Shown: positions 32,897-43,018, counted from the stretch's first letter. The stretch: DNA of 64,000 bases from a virus (IMGVR_UViG_3300028048_000064:64001-128000); one strand, 5' to 3'. Numbers and translations: made by a program. Notes: generated by a model from the sequence alone, not told the origin.

Positions 32897-33601
32897 ATGA
32901 GAAGAACACAAAAGTTCGAGAAATTAGACGAAATTGATGCATATTTCGAAGATATAAAACAATATAGACCACTTTCTTCAAGGGAAGAAAAGGAACTTGC
33001 CAAGAAGATTAAAAAGGGTGATAAAGCAGCACTTGATAAGTTAGTAAAGGCTAATCTGAAATTCGTAATAAACTATGCAAAACAATATAGAAAAAGCGGA
33101 GTTCCATTTACTGATTTGATTTCAGAAGGAAATATTGGGCTAATTAAGGCAGCAGAGAGATTTGATGAAACCAAAGGTGTAAAATTCATTTCATACGCAG
33201 TTTGGTGGATAAGAAACTCAATCCAAGAATGTATTGAACGTTATTTGGGTAATGATGAGGAAGTAAATGCAGAAACTTATATGTTTGACAAATGCAATAC
33301 ATCTGAATATGAATATTCTTCAAAATTGGTAAATAATGAATTTGAGGAAGAACTGAATAATATTCAAAGCAGAGAAGCAACAATAGCCGAGCTTATGAAA
33401 ACTCTTAAAGAACGTGAGATTAAGATACTTTCACTTTATTTCGGCCTATATAACGGTAAGGAAATGACACTTGATGAAATCGGCCAAGAAATGGATTTAA
33501 CAAAGGAAAGAGTAAGACAGATTAAGGATAAGGCATTGGTTAAATTAAAGGTAAATGCCCTTTCATCAGATGAGTTTTATACTTTTAAGGAACTGAGATA
33601 A
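32897..33601 (+). CDS. phage sigma-70 family RNA polymerase sigma factor (RpoD/RpoS-like regions 1.2, 2, 4)
   Basis: LVKANLKFV, DLISEGNIGLIKAAERFD, KFISYAVWWIR, TLDEIG...LTKERVRQI. Confidence 0.92.
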   Translation: MRRTQKFEKLDEIDAYFEDIKQYRPLSSREEKELAKKIKKGDKAALDKLVKANLKFVINYAKQYRKSGVPFTDLISEGNIGLIKAAERFDETKGVKFISYAVWWIRNSIQECIERYLGNDEEVNAETYMFDKCNTSEYEYSSKLVNNEFEEELNNIQSREATIAELMKTLKEREIKILSLYFGLYNGKEMTLDEIGQEMDLTKERVRQIKDKALVKLKVNALSSDEFYTFKELR

Positions 33602-33657
33602 TAATTAGGGAACTATATACCTGTTATTCCCGAATGGGATGTCGAGGATTTACTATA

Positions 33658-34915
33658 TTGACGTTTCACAGGGTGTCCAATGACATTGCCCTCGCCGTCC
33701 TTTAAACCGGTTCCCTCCGGTCTATTATATTCGCATCCTTCTCCACAATACCTACTAAGGCTTGTGGATTCAAGGCAAATCTCTTTATGTTTATTGCTGC
33801 ATTAATATCACGGTCATGATGCATACCACAAACAGGACAATTCCATTCACGGTCTTTTAATGTCATGTCAGACTTAACATATCCGCAATTGCTGCATGTC
33901 TTACTACTTGGCTCAAACCTACCAATGAATATCACGTTCTTACCAAGCCAATCACTCTTGTACATGACCTGACGGACAAACTCACCCCAAGATGCACTTT
34001 GTATACTATTCGCAAGTTTGTGATTCTTCAGCATACCATCTACATTAAGGTTCTCAAGACAAATGGTGTCATAACGTCTTACAAGGTCTGTTGTGAGTTT
34101 GTGAAGAAAATCTAAACGCATATTGGTTATTTTCCTATATTGTTTTGCAATCTTCAATCTCATTACTTCATACCTGTTAGAGCCTTTTACTGTCCTTGCA
34201 AACCTACGTTGCAGCAAGGCAAGCCTTGCTTGGATATGTTCAAGATATTTTGGATTTGAGTATTTAGTCCCATCAGACAGTATTGCGTAATCCTTTATCC
34301 CAAGGTCGATTCCAACACTTGTTTCTTCAGAAATTTTGGTTTTCGATTTCTGAGGTTTGTTGTCTTCGACCACAATGGTACACCAATACTCGCCGCATTT
34401 ATCTCTACTGACAGTCAGTGTTCCAATATTAGCACTTGATAAATCAAATAGCTTGTTCTTGCATAGTTTAACCCACCCGCATTTTGGTATTCTGACTTTC
34501 CAATTTTCAAAGTCAAATCTGATTGCATTAATATATTTTGAACGGTCTTTTGATTTTTTCTTTGATTTGAATTTAGGAAAACCTTTTTTTGCTTTGAAAA
34601 ACTGTGTGTATGCATTGTCAAGGTTGCGTAGTGACTGCTGAAGGCATTCAGCCGGTACATTTTTCAACCATTTATATTCCTCAGTATTTTTTAGTGTGGT
34701 TAGTTCCTTTGCGAGTTCAAAATAAGTTATAGTTTTATGTTCGTTAGCCCAAGCCTTTGTTTTTTTATCAAGTCCCCAATTGTATATGAACCGAGCACAG
34801 CCAAATGTTTGCAGTAATTGGTGTTGCTGCTTGTATGTGGGTTTAATTTTGTACTTATATGCTCGTTTCATGATATTACTTATAGTTTTTACCTGTTTTC
34901 TATAAATAAATATCA
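33658..34915 (-). mobile_element. tnpB-only IS200/IS605-like element (no tnpA in window); boundaries approximate
   Basis: Inserted antisense to its neighbours. A GC-rich segment after the stop ends ...GTGAAACGTCAA, a candidate right end/omegaRNA scaffold. Confidence 0.55.
33702..34871 (-). CDS. tnpB: TnpB RNA-guided endonuclease (IS200/IS605 family)
   Basis: AYKYKIKP/GCARFIYN N-terminus, GIDLG, ICLENL and DRDINAA RuvC triad, CSNCG/CPVCG zinc finger. Start moved to the ATG at 34871. Confidence 0.93.
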   Translation of the reverse strand: MKRAYKYKIKPTYKQQHQLLQTFGCARFIYNWGLDKKTKAWANEHKTITYFELAKELTTLKNTEEYKWLKNVPAECLQQSLRNLDNAYTQFFKAKKGFPKFKSKKKSKDRSKYINAIRFDFENWKVRIPKCGWVKLCKNKLFDLSSANIGTLTVSRDKCGEYWCTIVVEDNKPQKSKTKISEETSVGIDLGIKDYAILSDGTKYSNPKYLEHIQARLALLQRRFARTVKGSNRYEVMRLKIAKQYRKITNMRLDFLHKLTTDLVRRYDTICLENLNVDGMLKNHKLANSIQSASWGEFVRQVMYKSDWLGKNVIFIGRFEPSSKTCSNCGYVKSDMTLKDREWNCPVCGMHHDRDINAAINIKRFALNPQALVGIVEKDANIIDRREPV

Positions 34916-34978
34916 TAATGTTTTGAAAAATTTTCTTTATTTAACTATATTTATGTTATAAGATTAAGGTAATATACT

Positions 34979-35596
34979 ATGGCAAATAAGAAAACAGCAA
35001 GTAAAAAGGCTAAGAAAGATACAAAGAAAGTAAAGAATGCTGAAGCAAATGTAGATGTAAAGGATTTGTTTTTGGCTGAAGCTAAGAGTAGTGCATTTAC
35101 AGAGGAAACAATAAGTGAATTGGACGGGATAAAGGTTGAAAGTCCATATAAGAAAAAGGAAGTAGAAGAACCGGTTGATACTCCAACAGATGAGGTAGAA
35201 GTAAGTGATGCAGTTATTGATGCAACTGATATTCCTACTGATGAATTAGCTGATATAATTATGACATCAGCACAGGATGATGTTGTTAAGATTGTTGATG
35301 AAGAAAATGAGACTGTTGAAGAAAAAACAGTAGGTGAGTTACTTGAAGAAGTTATTGAACAGCCGGAGAAAGAAGAAGTTATAAATGTTCCGTTTGTACA
35401 GATAGCCGGTGAGGAAACAAATGATGCCAATGAAGGAGTTGCAACATATGCAACTACATATTCAACAGAGGAAATCAAGGAAGAAGTAAAAAATGAAACG
35501 CCTCAACCTAAAAAGGATACTATTAAGCCAAAGAAACGTTCAACATCAAGGGAAGTGTATGGTTATCATTGGATGGGTATGATTTTTGATGAGTAA
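34979..35596 (+). CDS. acidic low-complexity hypothetical protein
   Basis: K-rich N-terminus, E/D/T-rich body; preceded by TATATTTAT. Confidence 0.6.
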   Translation: MANKKTASKKAKKDTKKVKNAEANVDVKDLFLAEAKSSAFTEETISELDGIKVESPYKKKEVEEPVDTPTDEVEVSDAVIDATDIPTDELADIIMTSAQDDVVKIVDEENETVEEKTVGELLEEVIEQPEKEEVINVPFVQIAGEETNDANEGVATYATTYSTEEIKEEVKNETPQPKKDTIKPKKRSTSREVYGYHWMGMIFDE

Positions 35597-35624
35597 TTAA
35601 TTAATTTTTAAATAAGTTAAGGAA

Positions 35625-36134
35625 ATGAATAAAGATAAAGGATATATAGAGATTTCAGAAAGTCTCAAAAGGATACGTTCAATCAACGAAGGTAAGGTTT
35701 TGAATGAGAATTATACATCAACATCTACGTCTTCATCATCTTACAGTGAACCTACAACTACCGACGATGCTGATAGTAAGAAAGTTGATACTGTGCCATA
35801 TACGATGCAGGATGAGTTGATGGCTAATATTACACAGACAGCAAAGACACAGTTTGGCGCTGATTTCTCACAGTCAGATAACCCAATGCTGTATTATCCA
35901 AAGGATGGTGATGTCACATTGAGTGGTACTATTGGTGATATGAATGATGCCAAATTCCAATTCAGATATAAAGATTCTTCCGGCAATGGATGTTATGTAT
36001 GGGTTGACCCATTACAACTGACAGATGAAACAATTAAGAAACTATCAGTAATAAATGGAGTATATAAGAATTGGAAGAATGACCTTGCATCCGCAGAAGA
36101 TATAAAGCCGATGGGCTATAAAAATAGACAGTAA
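35625..36134 (+). CDS. hypothetical protein (possible head-internal protein)
   Basis: N-terminal ISE/INE/LNE motifs. Confidence 0.55.
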   Translation: MNKDKGYIEISESLKRIRSINEGKVLNENYTSTSTSSSSYSEPTTTDDADSKKVDTVPYTMQDELMANITQTAKTQFGADFSQSDNPMLYYPKDGDVTLSGTIGDMNDAKFQFRYKDSSGNGCYVWVDPLQLTDETIKKLSVINGVYKNWKNDLASAEDIKPMGYKNRQ

Positions 36135-36140
36135 GAGAAT

Positions 36141-36165
36141 AAGCCACTTAAATGTGGCTTTTTTT
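36141..36165 (+). terminator. intrinsic terminator
   Basis: AAGCCAC-TTAAAT-GTGGCTT plus a T run. Confidence 0.7.
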
Positions 36166-36203
36166 CTTGTCAATTCAATATTTATTGTATATATTGAATA
36201 GTG

Positions 36204-36422
36204 ATGGCAATTACTGATAATGATATAAAGAGAATGCTTCATGAGGAACTATCCAAACAAGAGGTTAGGTCAATGATTGATGACAAATTGGCAGAATATC
36301 TGAAGGATAGGGAATTGAAGAAACAAATAAGGAATGTAGCAGTGGACGTTATTGAGGATTTCTTCCATGAGATGTGGAGAAAGAACGGCTTCTGGAAAAG
36401 TCCGATTAAAAACAAATTATAG
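36204..36422 (+). CDS. hypothetical protein
   Basis: Short ORF in an operon. Confidence 0.55.
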   Translation: MAITDNDIKRMLHEELSKQEVRSMIDDKLAEYLKDRELKKQIRNVAVDVIEDFFHEMWRKNGFWKSPIKNKL

Positions 36423-36437
36423 GAGGAAAAAAGAGGC

Positions 36438-37637
36438 ATGAATGACGTAATAATGGCTAATTTGAAGAAATATGCTGCTAATAATAAAAGCAGTGTTTTC
36501 GCATTAAGTAATTGGTTGACTCTGAAAATGAAGAATTTTTCATTGACTGAGGCTCTTGCATGTGTTTATTTGTTTGCCGGCGGTCATGAAGATGAAATGA
36601 CAAAGATTATCAAGCAATTGACAGAGAAAAGAAAGGTTAATGGCCGTACACAAGTATATAATGCAGATAATGTTGATGTTATTGACATTATTCGTGGTAC
36701 AAATGGTAAACTCCAATTAAAAGGATATAATCCTGATAAAGAACCTATGGCTAAAGGACAGCATCTCCCAAGAAATCAGAAGATTTTCAGAAAGAGTGAT
36801 GACCAAGTTAATAAAACTTATCAGAATTCTGAAAGGAAAATGATGGATTTCGGTCAAAAGGTAAGGGAAATGTTTCCGGGTGAGTCTAATATGTATATAA
36901 CCCATGCAATGCAAGCCATTAAGAGGTATGCTAATGAAAAGAAGATAAGTACAGATAAGGTATTAAATTCAATTGAAAAGGGTAGACTCAAGTTAAAGGA
37001 TGAGGAATATAATTCATTTGAAGTAGTGTCGGCTTTTAACGAATCTAGAACAATTATAATCAGTGAGTCAGTATTCAATGAAATCAATAGGGAATACGAA
37101 ATGACAGAATATAAATTCTATAATAATATAAAGAAATTCCTCGCTGATTTGCTTGCAGACCCTGTGAATGCTAAACCAACAGATATATTGTTGAAAAATA
37201 AACTTACACGTTCAAAACTTCTTAAATATCTAATCGGTCTTGGCATTTTAGAAAGAGATAATAAACTTTCTGACAAGGATGAAAATGGAATGCCGAAGAA
37301 TGTAACAATGCTTACCAAATTCAAAGTCCCTAGGAAAAACCTTGACAGAAAACTTAAAAAGATGTGGATAAGGCTCTTTGAAAGGAATATACCTGAGAGA
37401 AAGCATAATACCGAATTAAATGAAGAAGGCGAAGGTGCAACAACAGCCGATGCATCAGGTGAGTTTGTACAGCCATTATTTTCTGTTCAAAGGAGAAAGA
37501 TGCCTGTAGAGGTAGAAGAAGCAACTACCACTTCAACAGCAGGAAACTATGAGTATGATGTGCCATTTGTCGGTGATGAAGAAACATTGGCAAGGAAAAA
37601 TGGTGTTGGTGGCTCAGTTTCTGTAAATAAAGCGTAA
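36438..37637 (+). CDS. hypothetical protein (possible head-internal protein)
   Basis: 399-aa ORF with IIISES/LNEE motifs. Confidence 0.55.
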   Translation: MNDVIMANLKKYAANNKSSVFALSNWLTLKMKNFSLTEALACVYLFAGGHEDEMTKIIKQLTEKRKVNGRTQVYNADNVDVIDIIRGTNGKLQLKGYNPDKEPMAKGQHLPRNQKIFRKSDDQVNKTYQNSERKMMDFGQKVREMFPGESNMYITHAMQAIKRYANEKKISTDKVLNSIEKGRLKLKDEEYNSFEVVSAFNESRTIIISESVFNEINREYEMTEYKFYNNIKKFLADLLADPVNAKPTDILLKNKLTRSKLLKYLIGLGILERDNKLSDKDENGMPKNVTMLTKFKVPRKNLDRKLKKMWIRLFERNIPERKHNTELNEEGEGATTADASGEFVQPLFSVQRRKMPVEVEEATTTSTAGNYEYDVPFVGDEETLARKNGVGGSVSVNKA

Positions 37638-37647
37638 TTTTTTGGCG

Positions 37648-37848
37648 ATGTCAACTATTTATAGATATAATAATAGCGATGACTTCGACCGGTCAGTTGT
37701 AATAGATAAGTTACAGCATATAGCCGGCGAGTTGGAACTTGAACAAGAGAAACCCGATGAGGAACGAAGCAGAGAAGCGGAGTTTAAACTGATTTACCGA
37801 CAGTTCATCGAGGGGTTGAAACTATCAACAGGATACAATTATAGATAA
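37648..37848 (+). CDS. hypothetical protein
   Basis: Short ORF in an operon. Confidence 0.5.
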   Translation: MSTIYRYNNSDDFDRSVVIDKLQHIAGELELEQEKPDEERSREAEFKLIYRQFIEGLKLSTGYNYR

Positions 37849-37868
37849 AAGTTAAATATATTTAAACA

Positions 37869-38738
37869 ATGTTATCAAAAAGATATACGTTCAGCGAATT
37901 AAATCAAATCCTCATGGAAAGCAACTATGGGTTCAATCCTCGTATTGGTGAGAAAGTTGAGAGTGAGGATAAGAAGAATAACGAAAAGGCAGTGGACGAT
38001 ATCATGAAACAGTCTAAGGAGTTCGATGGTGGAATTACTGATAAGAAGAAAAACACCAACAAGGAAGATATACAGGACTTCAACAAGACAACACTTGATG
38101 TCAAGTTTGCATCTGAACCCGGTGATTCTTATGTAGAAAGGGTAAAGGCACAAGTTCATGGTTTCCCATCTGCTGACAACGAGAAAAACAGCAAGATTAA
38201 GGAAGATAACAAGTCCTTAGACTTTGAAGGTAACGAAGAATTCTATGATGCTCAGAAAGAGAAATCAAAGGAAGTAAATGATAAGGAGGCAGAGTTGAAG
38301 CATGCCGGCCTTAAAGCGCGTGAGTTACCAAAAGAAATATTTAAAAATGATACATTATTTAAAAACGAGAATAAGACAATGAAGCGTTTACATTTCAAGA
38401 ATACAATATTCCTCAGTGAAGCACAGATGCTGAAGAAAGTCCCTGAAGAGTTCAAGAACTCTGATGGCAAATTTATTATGAAGGATGCAAGTGATACAGA
38501 GTACCTGGTAGAGTGCAAATATAATGACACTTTCAAGTGTGCAAAACTCACTGTCCTCAATAAGACCAATAAGGAGCAGATTAATGAAGAGTTGGAAAGA
38601 ATGAAGCAACTCTATGATTATAGCAGTTCAAACTACATGGGTGGTACAACTGCCAAGTCAAGAAAGGATGAGACAAAAACCTTGTCTGAAATGATTGACC
38701 ATGTTAAGGACATGGATAAAACTGTTAAGGGAGAATAA
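37869..38738 (+). CDS. hypothetical protein (possible head-internal protein)
   Basis: Charged protein with FSE..ILME and INEELERMKQL motifs. Confidence 0.55.
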   Translation: MLSKRYTFSELNQILMESNYGFNPRIGEKVESEDKKNNEKAVDDIMKQSKEFDGGITDKKKNTNKEDIQDFNKTTLDVKFASEPGDSYVERVKAQVHGFPSADNEKNSKIKEDNKSLDFEGNEEFYDAQKEKSKEVNDKEAELKHAGLKARELPKEIFKNDTLFKNENKTMKRLHFKNTIFLSEAQMLKKVPEEFKNSDGKFIMKDASDTEYLVECKYNDTFKCAKLTVLNKTNKEQINEELERMKQLYDYSSSNYMGGTTAKSRKDETKTLSEMIDHVKDMDKTVKGE

Positions 38739-38770
38739 TAAACTGACTATTGAGGATAACGGAGACGGAG

Positions 38771-39448
38771 ATGGAGCATTTAGAATTTTTAGAAAAGACT
38801 ATCAAACTGATGGATAAGTATGGTTTGTGGAAGATATTCCAAGCTACACTTGTATTGGCTGGTTTTCTTTACATAACATATAATGTCCAAAATCTGCCTG
38901 ATATAGTGTCAGTTGCTTTTAACAATGAGACTGAGATAAAACAGAAATCACATGATGCTGCCGTCGAAGTAAGAAGAGCAATCAAGCCAAATGTGGATAT
39001 GCTTCTTAAAGATGCCTTGTCCACAATGAATGCAGACCGTGCATTCGTAATCGAAATGCACAACGGTACGAATAACGTTGCAGGACTGCCATTCATCTAT
39101 GGTGAAATGACCTATGAAGAGGTAAGGTCACATATAGCACACATTGATGAGGATTATACATCTGTCAATCTGTCAAGGTTCAATTTTCCAATATATATTG
39201 AAAACAACCATATATGGCGTGGAAGTATCGAGGAATTAGGTAAAATTGATTCGAAGCTGGCATCAAGGCTTGCATCAAACGACGTTACCTTTCTTGCAAT
39301 TATAGGGCTTCATGGTGTGAATAACGAATTGGGATATTTCGGTTTCACATTCTGTAATGGAAAAGCCGTTCCAACTGAACAAGAAATTGAAATATGTCTT
39401 ACATCAACAGCCCAAAAACTGTCAATATTACTCGATTCTAAAAGATGA
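38771..39448 (+). CDS. single-TM protein with GAF-like C-domain; candidate T4 T-type holin
   Basis: One TM helix then ADRAFVIEMHNG...LGYFGFTF; heads a run of membrane-protein genes. Confidence 0.45.
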   Translation: MEHLEFLEKTIKLMDKYGLWKIFQATLVLAGFLYITYNVQNLPDIVSVAFNNETEIKQKSHDAAVEVRRAIKPNVDMLLKDALSTMNADRAFVIEMHNGTNNVAGLPFIYGEMTYEEVRSHIAHIDEDYTSVNLSRFNFPIYIENNHIWRGSIEELGKIDSKLASRLASNDVTFLAIIGLHGVNNELGYFGFTFCNGKAVPTEQEIEICLTSTAQKLSILLDSKR

Positions 39449-39471
39449 TTTAATAGTTTGGAGGGTTAGAT

Positions 39472-39729
39472 ATGACGTTAACGAAGAGACAGAGGAACAT
39501 CATCGATGTAGCACAGTGGATACTTATAGGTATCATGCTATTCGTTTGCACAGTAGTTTATGTTGGAAACGTAAAACTCAGCAACGAGGACAGAGTGCTT
39601 AAAAAAGAAAGTACTTATATCAAAATCTACAGTGACCACAGAATTCATGAATTGGAAAAAGAAAACAAAGAATTAGCTGATTCACTGCTGAAAATAACCG
39701 AAAAATTGAAAGAGTCAACAGTTAACTGA
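39472..39729 (+). CDS. small TM plus coiled-coil protein (lysis-cassette candidate)
   Basis: N-terminal TM, C-terminal heptads. Confidence 0.45.
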   Translation: MTLTKRQRNIIDVAQWILIGIMLFVCTVVYVGNVKLSNEDRVLKKESTYIKIYSDHRIHELEKENKELADSLLKITEKLKESTVN

Positions 39730-39744
39730 AATTAAAGCTTATTT

Positions 39745-40257
39745 ATGACTGATATAGATAATAAAAAATTTTTCTACGTTCTATTAGCACTGATTGCATT
39801 GCTAATTGGGTCAATAATACTGAATATCACACAGTATCAAGACCTTCACAATAGTGAAACAAAAACCACTATTGTTGAGAAACATGACACCCTTACAGTA
39901 CATGATACCCTCACAATTGATAACCCACAACCTGCTGAGATAATAGAGACAACCAAATATATTAAAGTACCTGTCAAGAGTGATGAAAAAGATACCGTAT
40001 ATGTTGAACTTGCAAAAACAGAGAAAATATACAAGGATGATTCAACATACGAATGTAAGGTATCAGGCGTAGAACCAAATCTTGATTATATCAAGGTTTT
40101 TCCGAAGACAACTATTATAACCAATGAAAAGACAATCACAATAGAAAAAACACGTAAAGCACATTTCAATTGGGGCTTACAAGGTGGTTTAGGATATGGC
40201 ATATTAGGGAAGAAATTTGATATATATGTGGGATTTGGCGCACAATATAGTTTTTGA
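39745..40257 (+). CDS. N-terminal TM protein with C-terminal amphipathic beta hairpin (spanin candidate)
   Basis: HDTL/DTVYV repeats; ends WGLQGGLGY...YVGFGAQYSF. Confidence 0.5.
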   Translation: MTDIDNKKFFYVLLALIALLIGSIILNITQYQDLHNSETKTTIVEKHDTLTVHDTLTIDNPQPAEIIETTKYIKVPVKSDEKDTVYVELAKTEKIYKDDSTYECKVSGVEPNLDYIKVFPKTTIITNEKTITIEKTRKAHFNWGLQGGLGYGILGKKFDIYVGFGAQYSF

Positions 40258-40281
40258 AAACAACTTTACATATTTTTCTGA

Positions 40282-40312
40282 CGGCTAAATGTTGAGTTTA
40301 GCCGCTTTTTTT
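40282..40312 (+). terminator. intrinsic terminator
   Basis: CGGCTAAA...TTTAGCCG plus a T run. Confidence 0.7.
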
Positions 40313-40343
40313 ATTATATTGATATTATATTTAATCGATTAAT

Positions 40344-40526
40344 ATGTTTTTGACGAAAATTTTTGTTTTTATATTCATAATGTGCCTATTAAATCTGATT
40401 AGAGAAGGCTTTAGATTTGGAATTTGCTTTGCAAAGAATGAAAAGTATAAAAGTAATACAGTAAGGACAATATTCTTGTGGGCATCTATTTCATATGTCC
40501 TAACAATAATTTTTTGTGGGTTTTAA
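40344..40526 (+). CDS. small two-TM membrane protein
   Basis: Two hydrophobic segments. Confidence 0.5.
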   Translation: MFLTKIFVFIFIMCLLNLIREGFRFGICFAKNEKYKSNTVRTIFLWASISYVLTIIFCGF

Positions 40527-40541
40527 AAAGGAATAATATAT

Positions 40542-41081
40542 ATGGATTTACAGGAAAGACTAATTGAATTATCAGAATATGGAGCAAATTTCAATGTTGC
40601 AAACGGTAATTTCGTAATAAAAATCAAATATGATAGCAAATGGTCTATCATTCAACCTGATGGTGATGAAATTGCATTCTATCGTGATGAGAATGATTCA
40701 TCAGTATACTATTATGTTGCACCGGTATCTATCAGTATAGATAAGATATTTGCAGCAATTGATGAAACTATTGACTATAATAGGGAACTTGAACAGAAAG
40801 TCGTACTGTTTAAACAGAAAATGGAAGAATTGCAGAATATCTTTGCAAAAGAAAGCCTTGAAGTACTGAATACCTTGGAGTTTAAGGTTAAAAAGAAAAA
40901 AGTTGCCAATAATAAAAAGGAAAAACAAACCAAGGAAGAAGTTGAGGAACAAACCGAAACAAAAAATGAAGTAGAGTCTACAACAGTAGAGGAAACAAAG
41001 GAAACTGAAAAGGAAGAGAAAAAAGAAGATAAACTTTCAGAGATAGATGATAAAATAAGTAAGATATTAAATAATAAGTAA
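40542..41081 (+). CDS. hypothetical protein
   Basis: ORF with a K/E-rich tail. Confidence 0.55.
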   Translation: MDLQERLIELSEYGANFNVANGNFVIKIKYDSKWSIIQPDGDEIAFYRDENDSSVYYYVAPVSISIDKIFAAIDETIDYNRELEQKVVLFKQKMEELQNIFAKESLEVLNTLEFKVKKKKVANNKKEKQTKEEVEEQTETKNEVESTTVEETKETEKEEKKEDKLSEIDDKISKILNNK

Positions 41082-41088
41082 AGGTAAA

Positions 41089-41484
41089 ATGATGACATTA
41101 ATTACATTTTTAAGCTACATATTTTTATTATACGGGCTATCCAACCTTGTGGTCTATAGTAATGGCATTTTCCATATATTTGAGAAGTGGCGTTTAATTG
41201 CACATAATATCGGAGAACAATTTGGCGAATTATTCACATGTATGATGTGTTTCTCTACATGGGTTGGCCTTGCATTAAGCCTTATTAATAATATCTTTTT
41301 ACCATCAGTACCATTTACAGCATTTAATATGATATTAGGGGCAGTAGCACCTTGGTGGTTTGTTATGGTACTTGATATGGGATTTGCAAGTGCTGTTGTA
41401 TGGCTATTACATCAGTTAGAGGAAATGATGGAAAGAACCGGCAATGTTGTTTACGAAGACGAAATGATTAATCAACAAACTTAA
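41089..41484 (+). CDS. DUF1360-like membrane protein
   Basis: TM helices with LFTCMMCFSTWVG (CxxCxSxW). Confidence 0.6.
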   Translation: MMTLITFLSYIFLLYGLSNLVVYSNGIFHIFEKWRLIAHNIGEQFGELFTCMMCFSTWVGLALSLINNIFLPSVPFTAFNMILGAVAPWWFVMVLDMGFASAVVWLLHQLEEMMERTGNVVYEDEMINQQT

Positions 41485-41496
41485 CATATACGCACT

Positions 41497-41748
41497 ATGG
41501 GTTTCGATTTACAGAAAGAATTGAATAACAATGAGAATGACAAGATTGCCATTGAAGCACAAGTTGAAAAATACAAGAAGACTTTTGCTGATGAGTTAGT
41601 TAAAAAAGGCGTAGGAAAGGAAATGTCCGAAAGCCTTAAATATAATTCACAACCGGTAAAGTTAAGGAAACCTTTCAAACTAAGGGTAAATGAAAAGATA
41701 GAGAAGTTTAAAAATAAATTGAAAATCGTATTAGGAGTGGAAGAATAG
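41497..41748 (+). CDS. hypothetical protein
   Basis: ORF in an operon. Confidence 0.5.
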   Translation: MGFDLQKELNNNENDKIAIEAQVEKYKKTFADELVKKGVGKEMSESLKYNSQPVKLRKPFKLRVNEKIEKFKNKLKIVLGVEE

Positions 41749-41749
41749 G

Positions 41750-42016
41750 ATGGTTATAGATGATTTTTTTGAAATTGCCAATGGACTTGACAATACATTG
41801 CTGATGCTTCAGGAGAAGTACCAAACGGATTTAAAAAGAAAATTCACAATTGGAATACAATTGCCAAAGGATGAATTAAGAAGACTTGACCATGACCTTT
41901 ATGTAATGCAGAATGGTAATGAAGCCGGCTTTACTGGAAGTGATGAAATAAGAGCCAAGATAATGGGACTTGACTTTGTTGTCGTTTCAGAAGAAGAAAA
42001 AGAGGAAGAAACCTAA
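41750..42016 (+). CDS. hypothetical protein
   Basis: ORF in an operon. Confidence 0.5.
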   Translation: MVIDDFFEIANGLDNTLLMLQEKYQTDLKRKFTIGIQLPKDELRRLDHDLYVMQNGNEAGFTGSDEIRAKIMGLDFVVVSEEEKEEET

Positions 42017-42942
42017 TTGGCTTTTTCCTTTTCTTTTTTCTTTTTTTCCTGAAATGTACGTTTGCGATTTTTTTGACCTGTCTTGTTTTGTAATTCATCT
42101 ATAATCCATGTTGATAACCTCCTGTTAAGTTTATCGGTGAATAGTATGTACTTGTTTTGTTTTAATTTCTTAACAGCTTTCTCTAATATATCATATAGCC
42201 TTTCAGCTTCCTCATAACTTTTACAAGATATGAAATCATACTCCAAGTCATATTGTATGATGATGTGTTCCTGATATAGGAATATTCTTTTTATATTCTC
42301 ACGACATACATCCTTTAAAAGTATCTCTTTAAGTATAAAATGGGCAGTTTTCTTATCCTTTACAGGGTGATAGCCATATACCTTGAATTTTTCTTCAACA
42401 AGCCAATCATGCTTTGCAATGATTTTATAGTCACTGTCGGTTATGACGTTTTCAACGAATTTTCCGAACTCATTCTTGAATTTCTTTGCCTTTTCTACAT
42501 CTGCACCGACCTTTTCAACAATCATTATCTCATATTTGACAGGTTTTGTTAGTTTTCCATTAATGGCAATACCATCACTTGTTTCCAATACAGCCATAGG
42601 GCATAGTACTGACTTCATGTTTTCCTCTACAGCATTGTTATACATATCATAGGCATCATTCCTCCACCATGTAGTGCCAATACGCTTAACCCTACGCCTA
42701 TTCTTCATAACAACAACCATATAATAAGCATACTTGTCATTGTTTTTCTTCTTCTCAGCAAGAATAACGGCACGTCTTTTCTTATAAGCACGCTTGTTTT
42801 GCTTGCTTTTAAGTTTTTTCTTATGGGCAATTTTCTTTAATCTTTCCTTTTCAGCCTTCTTCTCGGCTCTTTTGCGTTCCCTTTCAAGTTTTCTCTGTTT
42901 TTCCTCTTCACGTCTTTTTAAAATCTTTTCTAATTGTGTCAT
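42013..42942 (-). CDS. basic hypothetical protein (possible nucleic-acid binding)
   Basis: K/R-rich helical N-terminus; 309 aa. Confidence 0.6.
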   Translation of the reverse strand: MTQLEKILKRREEEKQRKLERERKRAEKKAEKERLKKIAHKKKLKSKQNKRAYKKRRAVILAEKKKNNDKYAYYMVVVMKNRRRVKRIGTTWWRNDAYDMYNNAVEENMKSVLCPMAVLETSDGIAINGKLTKPVKYEIMIVEKVGADVEKAKKFKNEFGKFVENVITDSDYKIIAKHDWLVEEKFKVYGYHPVKDKKTAHFILKEILLKDVCRENIKRIFLYQEHIIIQYDLEYDFISCKSYEEAERLYDILEKAVKKLKQNKYILFTDKLNRRLSTWIIDELQNKTGQKNRKRTFQEKKKKEKEKAN

Positions 42943-42986
42943 AGACAGTTAAATTTCAATTTTATCATAAATATGTACTGAAAAAA

Positions 42987-43018
42987 TTTGGTTGTAAAGA
43001 GAAAAAATAGTATCTTTG
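42987..43018 (+). promoter_or_regulatory. Bacteroidota sigma-A-type promoter
   Basis: TTTG-N20-TATCTTTG. Confidence 0.75.
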
